Shown here in pieces: positions 29,343 through 39,702 of a stretch of DNA of 55,837 bases. Position numbers and translations under genes: made by a program. This DNA is from Campylobacteraceae bacterium (GTDB taxonomy: Bacteria > Campylobacterota > Campylobacteria > Campylobacterales > Campylobacteraceae). Where the stretch lies: NCBI GenBank assembly GCA_031276075.1, contig JAISNU010000042.1, positions 1-55,837 of the forward strand. The letters run 5' to 3'. The notes beneath the pieces are model-generated. The model made no database searches and had not been told where the DNA came from. It saw only the letters and a program-made list of their open reading frames with translations. Positions within the stretch are counted from its first letter, which is position 1. Each line of letters starts with the position of its first letter.

Positions 29343-30269
29343 CTATGCCCACCAAAAACGGACTATATGAAAAAATATCGGAGCGGCAAAACAGACAGAG
29401 TCAAATCTATCCAATATTCCGCCATGCCCTTCTATCATATACCCCCAATCTTTTATTCCTCTGTCTCTTTTGATAGCCGACATCACAAGCCCGCCCAAAA
29501 ATCCCAAAAGCGTCAAAAGAAGCGATATAGCAAAAGCCTGTAAAAAATTAAACGGCGTAATCCACCATAAAAAGCCTCCGATTAAAGACGCGCTAAGCGT
29601 TCCCAAAACAAAACCCTCAACAGTTTTGGACGGAGAGAGGTTTGGAGCTATTTTGTGCCGCCCGAAAAGTTTACCGAAAACATATTGAAGCACATCGGAA
29701 ATTTGCACTACGATTATTAAAAACGCTATTAAAAGCAAATTTTTGCCCTCAAATCCGTTTATGCGTAATGTTAAAAGCGCGGGGACGCAAGATATGCAGT
29801 AAATGCTTATCATAACTCCCCATTGAGTTTTTGCGCATCTTTCCAGAAAATTTTTCACATCTGCCTTGAAAGATGAAAGTATTGGCAGAACCAAAAATAC
29901 ATAAACGGGGATAAATATGCTAAACATTCCGTACCATTGTATAAAAACAAAAATATACTGAACGGGTAAAACTATATAAAAGGCAAATAAAAGAGCGTAA
30001 TAATCGTTTTGATTTACAGGAGTTATCGTGATAAATTCTCTCAAAGCAAGCGCGGATACAAGTAAAAATAAGATTATTACCGCCGTGTATCCAAGAATAA
30101 AAGCCGTCCCGATAATAGCAGTCATAATCCACCATGAATAAATTCTGGCGTTTAGATTTTCTATCATAGCGTTTGGTTCTTTTGCTTTGATTTTTAACGC
30201 AAAACCGACTATGGAGGCAAAAACCAAAGCTGTAATTATACCTATAAATAAAATTGCGATACTATTCAT
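29343..30269 (-). CDS. Phosphatidate cytidylyltransferase (CdsA) family protein, long accessory-type paralogue
   Basis: C-terminal CTP-transferase signature SAIKRDRGIKDWGYMIEGHGGILDRFDS. 308 aa, polytopic. Confidence 0.85.
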   Translation of the reverse strand: MNSIAILFIGIITALVFASIVGFALKIKAKEPNAMIENLNARIYSWWIMTAIIGTAFILGYTAVIILFLLVSALALREFITITPVNQNDYYALLFAFYIVLPVQYIFVFIQWYGMFSIFIPVYVFLVLPILSSFKADVKNFLERCAKTQWGVMISIYCISCVPALLTLRINGFEGKNLLLIAFLIIVVQISDVLQYVFGKLFGRHKIAPNLSPSKTVEGFVLGTLSASLIGGFLWWITPFNFLQAFAISLLLTLLGFLGGLVMSAIKRDRGIKDWGYMIEGHGGILDRFDSVCFAAPIFFHIVRFWWA

Positions 30270-30514
30270 AAATTTTCTTAAAAATTAAATTTTGTTTGAT
30301 ATTCTAACCCAATGTTCTTTAAATTATCTTCAATATTGACAATTTTTACATTGCAGCGAGCAAGGCGTATCAGGTTAATGCGAGGAACACATATAGCGCG
30401 CAGTCAGGATAAGTCATCAAAAAGTGGCAAGATGGAATTTTGTTTGATGCGGTTTTTTGGATTTTTCATTTGTAGCATTAAATTTGAGGATACTTCATGC
30501 TGCTGAATTACTGT

Positions 30515-30968
30515 GTCGCTCCTTGCAATATCTGGATTGCCGCGCTCCCTCAATGACGGAATTGGTGGAATGATAAAGGGCATAGGAATATGATCAATTT
30601 CACTATTGCATGAAATTCTCCAGCTCTGTCATTGCGAGGAGTGCGAGCGAAGCGTGGCAGGACGAAGCAATCCAGAAAAAAATACAACCATGAGAAGTCC
30701 AACAATCAAAAAATATAAATTATTCCATGTTTTTTAATTGCAATATTCTTTCATAACGCTTCGCGTCTGAATTGCTTCGTCAGTCGTTACACTCCCTCCT
30801 CGCAATGACGAAGAGATGCGCATGTGCTTTGTGTGCGCAGTTAATAAGAGCGTTTTTTGGATTGCTTCGTCGTTGCACTCCTCGCAATGACAGAAGATGA
30901 GTTTTGGTTTGCCAAAGTATGCGGGAATGACATTTTTCCCGTCATTGCGAGCGAAGCGCGGCAATCCG
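30515..30968. repeat. Hairpin-repeat island E (about 6 arms)
   Basis: Reverse arms at 30532-30560, 30767-30812 and 30858-30896. Forward arms at 30628-30675 and 30949-30968. Confidence 0.9.
30628..30812. mobile_element. MITE/BIME-like composite, core family 3
   Basis: Core AAAAAAATACAACCATGAGAAGTCCAACAATCAAAAAATATAAATTATTCC...TTCATAACGCTTCGCGTCTG lies between inverted arms. Confidence 0.55.
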
Positions 30969-31148
30969 CATTTTGCATAACAAAAAGAGCGCATTCATAA
31001 TGAATAAACACTTTGCTGCATGCACGGATTGTTTTAGTGCGGCAATAAGTTTGCTAAAAACCAAGCGCTTTTAAAACGGATAGTTGCTAAAAGTGTTCTA
31101 TCGTTTTTTGCATCGTGAAAAAACGCCGCGCAGAGTTTTTTGCACAGG

Positions 31149-32450
31149 CTAAAGCCATTCAAGCGCCATTTTTAAAATGCTTTTTCTTGGAAATATGATT
31201 TTGCTGCCCTCTCCATTTACGCTGTGAAAAATTATTGCGTTATTTTTAGCGGCATATAATGAGAGCATCAAATTTTGCATTGTCGGCTCTATGGACGGCA
31301 GGAACCATGCGTTATTGCTTACAACGCTAAGCAATTGCGGAGCGCCTTCATAAATCTCTTTTCTGCTGCCTTCAAAACATACCGCGCTTCTGATTTTCAC
31401 GCCGTCTATTACAAAATCGCTCGCATGAGGAGCTTCGGAAAAGTCGCTTGCCCCTTCAAAAAAGAGTTCGTTTATATAGCGCGATACGAAAGAGGGTAAC
31501 GGAACTTTTTCGGCAAATGGCACAAGCACCACTTTATCGGCTCTTTGCATAACGCCTTTGTCAAAAAAATATGCGGAGTTGTAATATTTATCGTCTTCAT
31601 AACCAAGCCCGCCCGCGATAATGGCAATATCTCGCGAATACTCCAGCAGTTTGTTTACGATAACTTCGTTTTTATTAAGATATAACGCAAATGAGGTCTC
31701 AGGCATGATAATGAGCCGCTTTTTTTCCGCTATCGCAGTCTCTATATCTTTGAAATTTTCCTGTACATGCTTTATGATGGAGTTTGTCTCCCATTTGCTG
31801 TCTTGAGAGATATGTGTTTGAACTATTTTTATATCAAAATTCGGCATTTTCGGCGGCTCTTTATTGGAAAAATCAAACGCCGCGATAAAGCAGACAAAAG
31901 CTAAAAAATAGTATCCTTTGCGGGAATTTTGCACAAGCAGTATGGAAATGATTAGAAATATTACATGAAAACTTGTAAGCCCAAACGGCGTATAATAAAA
32001 TATCAATTCAAAATTAAACCAATTAAAACCAAGCGGTGCAATCTGCGAAAGCAAAACGAGTGCGATAGCGTGCAGATACGGCGAATTTGTCAAAAGCGAA
32101 GGGATAAGAAACAAAAGTCCGTAAATAACACCGATGCCGATAATTACAACAGGTATCAGCCATGATAAACCGCCGTAATACCTAAAACTGAGCGCAATCC
32201 AATAAAACCAAAAAATTCCCAGAAAAAAGCCCGTAAAAAAATAACCCGCGCGGCTTGACTTGAAAAGCAGCCAAAGCCCCGCGCATGCCAAAATAGAGTG
32301 CAAAAAATAGTTTGTGATATTAAAATGCGCTAAATAGATAAAACTTGACAGCGCCAATGCGGTTACAAAGGCTTTTATTATAATAGAAGTGATAAAATAC
32401 CTACTCAAATTTTTATTTTTAAAGGATTTACATGCAAGGTTTCGAGTCAT
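31149..32450 (-). CDS. lnt: Apolipoprotein N-acyltransferase
   Basis: N-terminal polytopic domain plus C-terminal nitrilase-like CN-hydrolase domain (LIIMPETSF, ICFEG-like VCFEG). The ATG at 32450 would overlap the divergent yajC start by 19 nt, so the TTG at 32408 is a plausible alternative start. Confidence 0.85.
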   Translation of the reverse strand: MTRNLACKSFKNKNLSRYFITSIIIKAFVTALALSSFIYLAHFNITNYFLHSILACAGLWLLFKSSRAGYFFTGFFLGIFWFYWIALSFRYYGGLSWLIPVVIIGIGVIYGLLFLIPSLLTNSPYLHAIALVLLSQIAPLGFNWFNFELIFYYTPFGLTSFHVIFLIISILLVQNSRKGYYFLAFVCFIAAFDFSNKEPPKMPNFDIKIVQTHISQDSKWETNSIIKHVQENFKDIETAIAEKKRLIIMPETSFALYLNKNEVIVNKLLEYSRDIAIIAGGLGYEDDKYYNSAYFFDKGVMQRADKVVLVPFAEKVPLPSFVSRYINELFFEGASDFSEAPHASDFVIDGVKIRSAVCFEGSRKEIYEGAPQLLSVVSNNAWFLPSIEPTMQNLMLSLYAAKNNAIIFHSVNGEGSKIIFPRKSILKMALEWL

Positions 32451-32701
32451 TTTTACCTCTTCTTGTGCTTATAGCAATTGTTTATTTTCTTCTCATTTTG
32501 CCTCAACAGCGTCAAGCAAAAGCTCACAAGCAGATGCTTTCCGAACTGAAAAGAGGCGATAAAATTATCACCAGCGGCGGTTTAGTCGGTGAAGTGACAA
32601 ATGTTGAAGGTGATTTTATCAAAATAAAACTTAGTGATGATGTAATTGTGAAAATAGTGCGGGAATATATATTAAAAAAAGTAAGTGCAGATGAAAAATA
32701 A
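32432..32701 (+). CDS. yajC: Preprotein translocase subunit YajC
   Basis: 89 aa. Single TM followed by QQRQAKAHKQMLSELKRGDKIITSGGLVGEV. AAAGGA lies 5 nt upstream. Confidence 0.85.
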   Translation: MQGFESFLPLLVLIAIVYFLLILPQQRQAKAHKQMLSELKRGDKIITSGGLVGEVTNVEGDFIKIKLSDDVIVKIVREYILKKVSADEK

Positions 32702-34280
32702 AGGCTTAAATTACCGCCTTGTCATTTTTTTTGCTGTAACTTTGTTTGGCATTATATTTAGCGCGCCGACTTTTTTGCAGACGGAAAAAGGGGCGAAAGT
32801 ATCTTTGGGACTTGATTTGCAGGGCGGTTTATACATGCTGCTCGGCGTGAAAACGGACGAAGCGATAGTTTCTAAAATAAAATCCACAGCAATAAGTATC
32901 AAATACCATGCAGATGATAATAATATCGTCATAGATACGCCAAAAGTCAAAGACGATGTGATTACCGTAACGCTTTTGGACAGCGAGGAAGAGAAAAATT
33001 TTGACTCCATACTTAACGACATGGAAGGAGTTGTCGTAAATAAGCAGGGGCTTGATTACTCTATCAGTCTGAGCGAAGAAGAGAAACAAAGCGTGCGCGC
33101 CCTCGCTGTTACGCAGGCTGTGGAGACTATCAGAAACAGGCTTGATCAATTCGGACTTGCCGAACCGACGGTTGCAAAACAGAGCGACGAGGATATATTG
33201 GTAGAAATTCCCGGCGTAAAAACAAGAGAAGATAACCAGCGCGTGAAGGAGCTTATTGCAAAAGCGGCGCATCTTCAATTGATGGCTGTTGATGAAGATA
33301 GAAATGCAAAAGCCAATTTTATGAGCGCTCAAGAGGCGGCGGCTTATGGAGATGTGATATATGCAGATAAAGATGGAAGCAGAAAATATCTTTTAAAAGC
33401 AGTGCCTATCCTTGACGGTTCCATGCTTACAGATGCAAGAGTAGGGTACGACCAGACTAACCGTCCCATGATAACTTTTTCATTAAACCCGCAGGGAGCA
33501 AAAATATTCGGTGATTTTACTGGTAAAAATATCGGCAAAAAACTTGCGATAGTGCTTGATAATATGGTCTATTCCGCGCCTGTCATACAAAGCCGTATCG
33601 GCGGCGGAAGCGGTCAAATCACAGGCGCGTTTAGTAGTAAGGAAGCAAGCGATTTGGCTATAGCATTAAGAAGCGGCGCGCTTTTGGCTCCAGTAACAAT
33701 ATTGGAAGAGCGCAGCGTTGGACCGTCTTTGGGCGCTGACAGTGTAAGGGCAAGCTCTATCGCTTTGGCGTTTGGATTTGTATCGGTAGCTTTGTTCATG
33801 TGTTTTTATTATAGATTGGCGGGCGTTATAGCGTCAATTGCGCTTGTGAGCAATCTTTTTATTTTGATAGCTCTTATCGCATTCTTGGGCGCGACTTTAA
33901 CGCTTCCTGGAATGGCAGGCATTATTTTAACCGTTGGTATGGGAATAGACGCCAATGTTATCATAAACGAGCGCATAAGAGAACTGCTGCGTGCTGGCGC
34001 GGGCGTGAAAGCCGCGATAGAACACGGCTATGAAAACGCCATGAGCGCAATTGTGGATTCTAACCTTACGACCGTTATAGTGGCTATAGTTTTGTATATC
34101 TACGGCACGGGACCGATTAAGGGTTTTGCTATTACGCTAAGTTTTGGCGTATTTATATCCATGCTTACGGCAATACTCGGCACGCATGGCATTTATGATT
34201 TTCTTGCTAATAGAATTGAAAAAAGCAAAAATCTTGTATTTTGGTTTGGCATAAAAAGGGCTAATAATGGAAATCTTTAA
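32691..34280 (+). CDS. secD: Protein translocase subunit SecD
   Basis: LGLDLQGG, IRNRLD..G..EP, GPSLG, and the C-terminal 6-TM block. An ATG at 32691 is preferred over the GTG at 32685. Confidence 0.9.
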   Translation: MKNKGLNYRLVIFFAVTLFGIIFSAPTFLQTEKGAKVSLGLDLQGGLYMLLGVKTDEAIVSKIKSTAISIKYHADDNNIVIDTPKVKDDVITVTLLDSEEEKNFDSILNDMEGVVVNKQGLDYSISLSEEEKQSVRALAVTQAVETIRNRLDQFGLAEPTVAKQSDEDILVEIPGVKTREDNQRVKELIAKAAHLQLMAVDEDRNAKANFMSAQEAAAYGDVIYADKDGSRKYLLKAVPILDGSMLTDARVGYDQTNRPMITFSLNPQGAKIFGDFTGKNIGKKLAIVLDNMVYSAPVIQSRIGGGSGQITGAFSSKEASDLAIALRSGALLAPVTILEERSVGPSLGADSVRASSIALAFGFVSVALFMCFYYRLAGVIASIALVSNLFILIALIAFLGATLTLPGMAGIILTVGMGIDANVIINERIRELLRAGAGVKAAIEHGYENAMSAIVDSNLTTVIVAIVLYIYGTGPIKGFAITLSFGVFISMLTAILGTHGIYDFLANRIEKSKNLVFWFGIKRANNGNL

Positions 34281-35241
34281 TCGCAATAAAACATATAAAT
34301 TTATGAAACTCAGTGTGGTAATGAACGCTTTATCCATTATTTTTGCTGTGCTGACAGCAGGTCTGCTGCTGACTAAAGGATTGAATTTTGGTATTGATTT
34401 TGTTGGCGGTACGGTTGTACAGGTTAAATATCTAAATTCCGATGCGCCGATAGATGAAATACGCAGTAAAATAGACGGGGAGCCGCTTTTCCGCGGAGCA
34501 AGCGTAACAGAGTTCGGCGCGAAAGACGAGATAACTATCCGTTTCCAAGGAAGCAGCGAAAGCATAGGCGAAGATGTGGGCAATTTGATGGCTGCGACAT
34601 TACATGGTACCGGAGAGTTTGAAATACGCCGTGTAGATATGGTGGGACCTAAAGTCGGCAATGAGTTAAAACAAAAAGGCATAATGGCAATAATTGTATC
34701 TTTGATTGCTATGTTAATATATGTTGCGTTCAGATTTGAGTGGCGTTTTGGCGTTGCGGCAATAATTTCGGAATTTCATGATGTTATATTGATAGTCGGC
34801 GTCATAGCGCTTTTGCAAATAGATGTCAATCTTGAAATATTAGGCGCGGTTTTAACGCTTGTCGGATACTCCATCAATGATACGATAGTTGTATTTGATA
34901 GAATCAGAGATGAATTAAAAAGCTCAAAAAATACAAATCTTTTTGGAATTATAGACTCTTCCATTTCAAAAACACTTTCGCGCACAACGCTTACTTCTTT
35001 GACGACGCTTTTTGTCGTAGTAGCATTACTGTTTTTCGGCGGAGAATCCATATATGGATTTTCGCTGGTATTGACTATCGGCATTATCATAGGCACTTAC
35101 AGTTCTATATTTATCGCCGCGCCGCTTTTGAAATGGCTTAAATTTGATGTTGCCGAATACAGGGCAAATATCGCCAAAAAAGAGAAAATGAGAATCGAAA
35201 AAGCTAAAATGCGTGCTCAATACGAGCATGGAAGAATTTAA
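34267..35241 (+). CDS. secF: Protein translocase subunit SecF
   Basis: GLNFGIDFVGGT, YSINDTIVVFDRIRE-like YSINDTIVVFDRIRD. Overlaps the secD stop. Confidence 0.9.
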   Translation: MEIFNRNKTYKFMKLSVVMNALSIIFAVLTAGLLLTKGLNFGIDFVGGTVVQVKYLNSDAPIDEIRSKIDGEPLFRGASVTEFGAKDEITIRFQGSSESIGEDVGNLMAATLHGTGEFEIRRVDMVGPKVGNELKQKGIMAIIVSLIAMLIYVAFRFEWRFGVAAIISEFHDVILIVGVIALLQIDVNLEILGAVLTLVGYSINDTIVVFDRIRDELKSSKNTNLFGIIDSSISKTLSRTTLTSLTTLFVVVALLFFGGESIYGFSLVLTIGIIIGTYSSIFIAAPLLKWLKFDVAEYRANIAKKEKMRIEKAKMRAQYEHGRI

Positions 35242-35250
35242 GGAGTAAGT

Positions 35251-35589
35251 ATGGATTGGGGTAAAGTCATATATATATTTTTTGCTCTGATGAGCCTTAC
35301 GACAACGGCAGGTTTTTTGTATGAGCAAAATGAGATTGCTCTATTTATAGCCATGAGTATCAATCTCATATCCACATTTTTAAAAATAGGCATCAAAAAT
35401 ACGCTCTCCGCCGAGCTTCTTGCAAGCTCTTTGGTGGCTGATTTGCACTTGATACCCGCGTTTTTGATATTAGAGATTTCGGGGAATATAAATGTGGTTA
35501 TGGCTCTGTCTATCGGCGCGATAATCGCAAGCTTGTTCTCTATGATACTTGTTATTGTGGAGTCTGCAAGAACAAGAGATGAGTTTTAA
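35251..35589 (+). CDS. Small conserved membrane protein (hypothetical)
   Basis: AAGGAG lies upstream. Four hydrophobic helices, tightly packed between secF and leuS. Confidence 0.6.
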   Translation: MDWGKVIYIFFALMSLTTTAGFLYEQNEIALFIAMSINLISTFLKIGIKNTLSAELLASSLVADLHLIPAFLILEISGNINVVMALSIGAIIASLFSMILVIVESARTRDEF

Positions 35590-35592
35590 ATT

Positions 35593-38046
35593 ATGGAATA
35601 CAAACCTTTAGAAGTTGAAAAAAAGTGGCAGAAGAAGTGGCTTGAAACAGACGCTTTTGAACCTTTGGAAGATTTTTTGCGCCCTAAAAAATATATTTTA
35701 AGCATGTTTCCGTATCCGAGTGGACGCATACACATGGGACATGTGCGAAATTATGCGATTAGCGATGCTATCGCCAGACATTACAGAAAGCAGGGATTTA
35801 ATGTATTGCATCCGATTGGGTGGGACTCTTTTGGCATGCCTGCTGAAAATGCCGCTATCAAAAACGGCGTTCATCCTAAAAAATGGACTTATGAAAATAT
35901 AGATTATATGCGCAATGAAATTAGCTCTTTGGGGTTTTCATTTTCAAAAACAAGAGAGTTTGCCACAAGTGATCCTCTATATACAAAACACGAACAGAAC
36001 ATCTTTCTTAAAATGTATGAAAAATCTCTTGTATATAGAAAAAACGCAGCGTTAAATTGGTGCGCAAGCTGTCAAACCGTTTTGGCAAACGAACAAGTGG
36101 AAGAGGGCAGATGCTGGAGATGCGGCAATACCGTAGAGCAGCGCGAAATGCCCGGGTATTACCTGAAAATCACAAATTATGCCGAAGAGCTTTTGGAGGA
36201 TTTGAAAAGGCTTGAGAGTTATTGGCCTTCGCAGGTTTTGACAATGCAGGAAAATTGGATAGGAAAGAGCGAAGGATTGGAGTTTAGCTTTGAATTGTCG
36301 TCCAAATCCAAAGAGCTTTTAGGCGGAAAATTTGATAGTTATAAAGTGTTTACTACGCGCCCTGATACGATTTTTGGCGTAACATATTCTGCGCTTGCTC
36401 CAAACCACCCAATTGTAAATGAGATTTTAGAACGAAAATTATTAGACGAGCAGAAAATATTAATTATCAAAAATATGCAAAGACAAAGCGCAAAAGAACG
36501 CCAATCAAGTGAAAAAGAGGGGTTGGATTTGGGCATATGGGTTATCCATCCGCTTACAAAAAAAGCCATTCCCGTGTGGGTTGCAAATTTTGTCCTGCTT
36601 GAATACGGCGGCGGCGCGGTTATGGCTGTGCCTGCGCATGACGAGAGAGATTTTGAATTTGCAAAAAAGTATAACCTTTCTATAATTCAAACGATAAAAT
36701 CAAACGCAAACGAAACAATGCTGCCGTTTACCGAATACGGCGTGTTGGTAAATTCTGCAAATTTTAGCGGCTTAACTTCCGCGTCTGCCAAAAAAGAGAT
36801 AATAAACTATTTTGAAAAAAACGGCATAGGTAAAAAAACTGTAAATTATAAACTTCGCGATTGGGGGATAAGCCGTCAGCGTTATTGGGGCGCGCCGATA
36901 CCTGTCGTTTTATGTCCAAAGTGCGGCGCGGTAGTCGAAAAAGAGGAAAATTTACCCGTAACGCTTCCTGACGATATAGAGATAACAGGCGAGGGCAATC
37001 CGCTTGACAAGCACCCGACATGGAAATTTACAAAATGTCCTAAATGCGGCTGCGATGCAAAAAGAGAAACCGACACGATGGATACTTTTGTACAGTCGAG
37101 CTGGTATTTTCTGCGTTATACAACGCCGAAAAAATTATGGCAAAACGCGCCGTTTGATAGAGAAAGCGTCAAATATTGGATGAATGTGGATCAATACATC
37201 GGCGGTATTGAGCATGCTATTTTACACCTTTTGTATTCAAGGTTTTTTACAAAAGCTCTGAGAGATTTAGGTTTTATAGAAGCAATTGACGAGCCGTTTG
37301 CCAATCTTTTGACGCAAGGAATGGTGCTTAAAGACGGCGTGAAGATGAGCAAGTCGAAAGGCAATACCGTTGATCCAGACAATATCATTGAAAAATACGG
37401 CGCAGATACGGCAAGACTTTTTATACTTTTTGCCGCACCGGTACAAAAAGAGTTGGAATGGAATGAGAGCGCAGTAGAAGGCGCTTTTAAATTTATCAAA
37501 AGATTATGCGATAGAAGCGATAATGCCGATGTTTGCCGATGTTTGCCCAAAATTGAACATAGCGCGCTTACAAAAGAGGAGCGGTATGCGAGAAAAAAAG
37601 TCTATGAAGCTTTTAAAAAAAGCGAAGAGAGTTACAAAAACGGTTCATATTCGTTCAATACGCTTATAGCCGCATCCATGGAAGCTTTTAACGCTTTAAG
37701 CGCGCAGATAAATAGAGCCGTTTGGAGCGAAGGGTATTTTATATTATTAAATATTTTAGAGCCGATTATACCGCATATTGCCAGCGAGATAAGCGAAAAG
37801 CTTTTTGAGTGCAAAAATTTTACGCAGCAAATCAAAATAGACGAAAGAGTTTTTGAAGCTGAGAGTATGATTTTAGCCGTTACCGTAAACGGTAAAAGAA
37901 GGGCTGAGTTTGAGATAAGCGTAAATGCAAGCAAAGAGGAGATTTTAGCTGCGGGAAAAGCGGCGGCGGCGAAGTGGATAGAGGGCTTAAATCTTAAAAA
38001 AGAGATATATGTGGATAAAAAACTTGTCAATTTGGTAGTGGCATGA
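35593..38046 (+). CDS. leuS: Leucyl-tRNA synthetase
   Basis: [11 protein letters not shown] (HIGH motif), VKMSKSKGN (KMSKS motif), Zn-type CxxC pairs. 817 aa. Confidence 0.95.
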   Translation: MEYKPLEVEKKWQKKWLETDAFEPLEDFLRPKKYILSMFPYPSGRIHMGHVRNYAISDAIARHYRKQGFNVLHPIGWDSFGMPAENAAIKNGVHPKKWTYENIDYMRNEISSLGFSFSKTREFATSDPLYTKHEQNIFLKMYEKSLVYRKNAALNWCASCQTVLANEQVEEGRCWRCGNTVEQREMPGYYLKITNYAEELLEDLKRLESYWPSQVLTMQENWIGKSEGLEFSFELSSKSKELLGGKFDSYKVFTTRPDTIFGVTYSALAPNHPIVNEILERKLLDEQKILIIKNMQRQSAKERQSSEKEGLDLGIWVIHPLTKKAIPVWVANFVLLEYGGGAVMAVPAHDERDFEFAKKYNLSIIQTIKSNANETMLPFTEYGVLVNSANFSGLTSASAKKEIINYFEKNGIGKKTVNYKLRDWGISRQRYWGAPIPVVLCPKCGAVVEKEENLPVTLPDDIEITGEGNPLDKHPTWKFTKCPKCGCDAKRETDTMDTFVQSSWYFLRYTTPKKLWQNAPFDRESVKYWMNVDQYIGGIEHAILHLLYSRFFTKALRDLGFIEAIDEPFANLLTQGMVLKDGVKMSKSKGNTVDPDNIIEKYGADTARLFILFAAPVQKELEWNESAVEGAFKFIKRLCDRSDNADVCRCLPKIEHSALTKEERYARKKVYEAFKKSEESYKNGSYSFNTLIAASMEAFNALSAQINRAVWSEGYFILLNILEPIIPHIASEISEKLFECKNFTQQIKIDERVFEAESMILAVTVNGKRRAEFEISVNASKEEILAAGKAAAAKWIEGLNLKKEIYVDKKLVNLVVA

Positions 38047-38552
38047 GAATAGTTTCGCTATTTATTTTGCTGTTTTTTATCATTGGCTGCGGATATAGGC
38101 CAAGTGCGCAGTTAGCTAAAAGTATTATCGGCGAGAGCGTATATGTATATGTTGCCATGAGCAGGATAGACCCGCAAAATACCGTTTTGATTAAAGACGC
38201 GATACAAGCGGCGTTTGTGGATAGATTTGGTTCAAAAATAACTTCGCGCATAAAAGCCGCAAGCATTTTGGAAGTCTCTTTGGCAGGTGTTGATTTTAAG
38301 CCGCTTGTATATGACGCCAACGGTTATGTTATCTCTTACAGGACTGTTGCAAAGTTGAAAATTGATTATGTTTTGAGTTCAGGCGAAAAAGGGAGTGTTG
38401 CAACAAGCGGCGAATACGATTTTCCGATAGAAGCTGACAGTATTATATCCGATACCAAAAGATTTGAAGCGATAAGATACGCTTGTGTTGACGCTATTGA
38501 CGAATTTACGGCTATTATCGCCGTAAAAGGTTTACAGCGGGAGCAGAAATAA
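38043..38552 (+). CDS. lptE: LptE-like LPS-assembly lipoprotein
   Basis: Lipobox FFIIGC followed by GYRP. It occupies the conserved position immediately after leuS. 169 aa. Confidence 0.6.
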   Translation: MRIVSLFILLFFIIGCGYRPSAQLAKSIIGESVYVYVAMSRIDPQNTVLIKDAIQAAFVDRFGSKITSRIKAASILEVSLAGVDFKPLVYDANGYVISYRTVAKLKIDYVLSSGEKGSVATSGEYDFPIEADSIISDTKRFEAIRYACVDAIDEFTAIIAVKGLQREQK

Positions 38553-38556
38553 ATTT

Positions 38557-39702
38557 ATGAGTGTTTTATTGAAATATCTTGAAAAAAAACCGCCATATTA
38601 CGACCATATAGACTATGGGCGGATGCCACGCATTTTCCGCGCCGTATCGCATAATTTTCATTTCCCGAAAATCGTACATATCATAGGCACGAACGGCAAA
38701 GGTTCAACGGGCAGGTTTTTGGCGCAGATATTTGAGAGTGCGGGGCTGAGAGTCGGACATTATACATCGCCGCATATTTTGGAATTTAACGAACGATTTT
38801 ACAAAAACGGTGCGCACATGGCGTATGATGAATTGGACGCGCTTCATGAGAAGCTTTTGAAAATACTTGGCGCGTATGAAAGCGAGCTTTCATATTTTGA
38901 GTATGCAACAATTTTAGCATTTTTAGCTTACGAAGAGTGCGATTATATGATTTTAGAGGCTGGTGTTGGAGGCGAATTTGACGCTACAAATATTGCGCCC
39001 AAAGAGTTATCTATCGTTACTCCCATCTCTTTAGACCATCAGGATTTATTGGGCAAAACAATCAAAGAGATAGCTTTTACAAAGCTTCAAAGCGTAAATA
39101 ACGCAGCTGTTATCGCACCGCAGGAGTTTTACGAAGCGGTTGAGATAATAAAACAAAGAGAAGCTATTTTAAGACTTGAATTTATATATGTGAAAAAAAA
39201 CGAATATAACAGCGGCGTAGAAAAATATGCCGCCTTGCATAATTTGCCGCCGTTTTTAAAAGAAAATCTGCTTACCGCACTTCATGCAGCCGCCGCGCTT
39301 GGTTTTGAGGCAGATTTGAGTAAGATAAAAAAGTTAAACTTAAAAGGAAGATTTGAAAAAATAGCTGCAAATATTACGATAGATGCAGGACATAATATAA
39401 GCGCGGCAAAAGTTGCAGCGGAATTTTTTAAAGATAAAAAAGTAATTTTAGTTTATAATTCCTACAAAGATAAAGATTATAAAACTATTTTGAATATTTT
39501 GTCGCCAATTATAAAAAGAGTAGAGATTATAGAAATTAAAAATCCGCACCGTTCAAGCGCAGAAAAAGAGATAAAAGCCGCTCTCGCAGATATGGGCATA
39601 GAGGCAAAAGATTTTGATAAAATTGACAAAAATAACGAGTATCTTGTATTCGGTTCGTTTAGCGTTGTAGAGAAATTTTTAAGGTATTTTCATGAAAAAT
39701 AA
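38557..39702 (+). CDS. folC: Folylpolyglutamate synthase / dihydrofolate synthase
   Basis: GTNGKGST P-loop, SPHI, EAGVGGEFDATN. Confidence 0.85.
   Translation: MSVLLKYLEKKPPYYDHIDYGRMPRIFRAVSHNFHFPKIVHIIGTNGKGSTGRFLAQIFESAGLRVGHYTSPHILEFNERFYKNGAHMAYDELDALHEKLLKILGAYESELSYFEYATILAFLAYEECDYMILEAGVGGEFDATNIAPKELSIVTPISLDHQDLLGKTIKEIAFTKLQSVNNAAVIAPQEFYEAVEIIKQREAILRLEFIYVKKNEYNSGVEKYAALHNLPPFLKENLLTALHAAAALGFEADLSKIKKLNLKGRFEKIAANITIDAGHNISAAKVAAEFFKDKKVILVYNSYKDKDYKTILNILSPIIKRVEIIEIKNPHRSSAEKEIKAALADMGIEAKDFDKIDKNNEYLVFGSFSVVEKFLRYFHEK

Noticed and set aside
31503-31520. A GG-N10-GC match (GGAACTTTTTCGGC) that could be a second sigma-54 promoter.
   Set aside because: It lies inside the lnt coding region on the non-coding strand. 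It lacks the TTGC -12 element and has no downstream gene.
32408-32450. A 19-nt overlap of the divergent start codons of lnt (ATG 32450, minus strand) and yajC (ATG 32432, plus strand).
   Set aside because: This is probably a start-codon assignment issue. lnt can start at the TTG at 32408, while yajC has a good RBS. It is not evidence of unusual overlapping regulation.
34137-34682. Long antisense or shadow ORFs opposite well-supported genes. Examples: 34137..34682, 42129..42665, 44281..44880, 45134..45676, 40390..40911, 21759..22256, 8367..8834, 6098..6553, 37632..38030.
   Set aside because: Each lies fully within a strongly supported conserved gene on the other strand. They have low-complexity or odd composition and no recognisable family.
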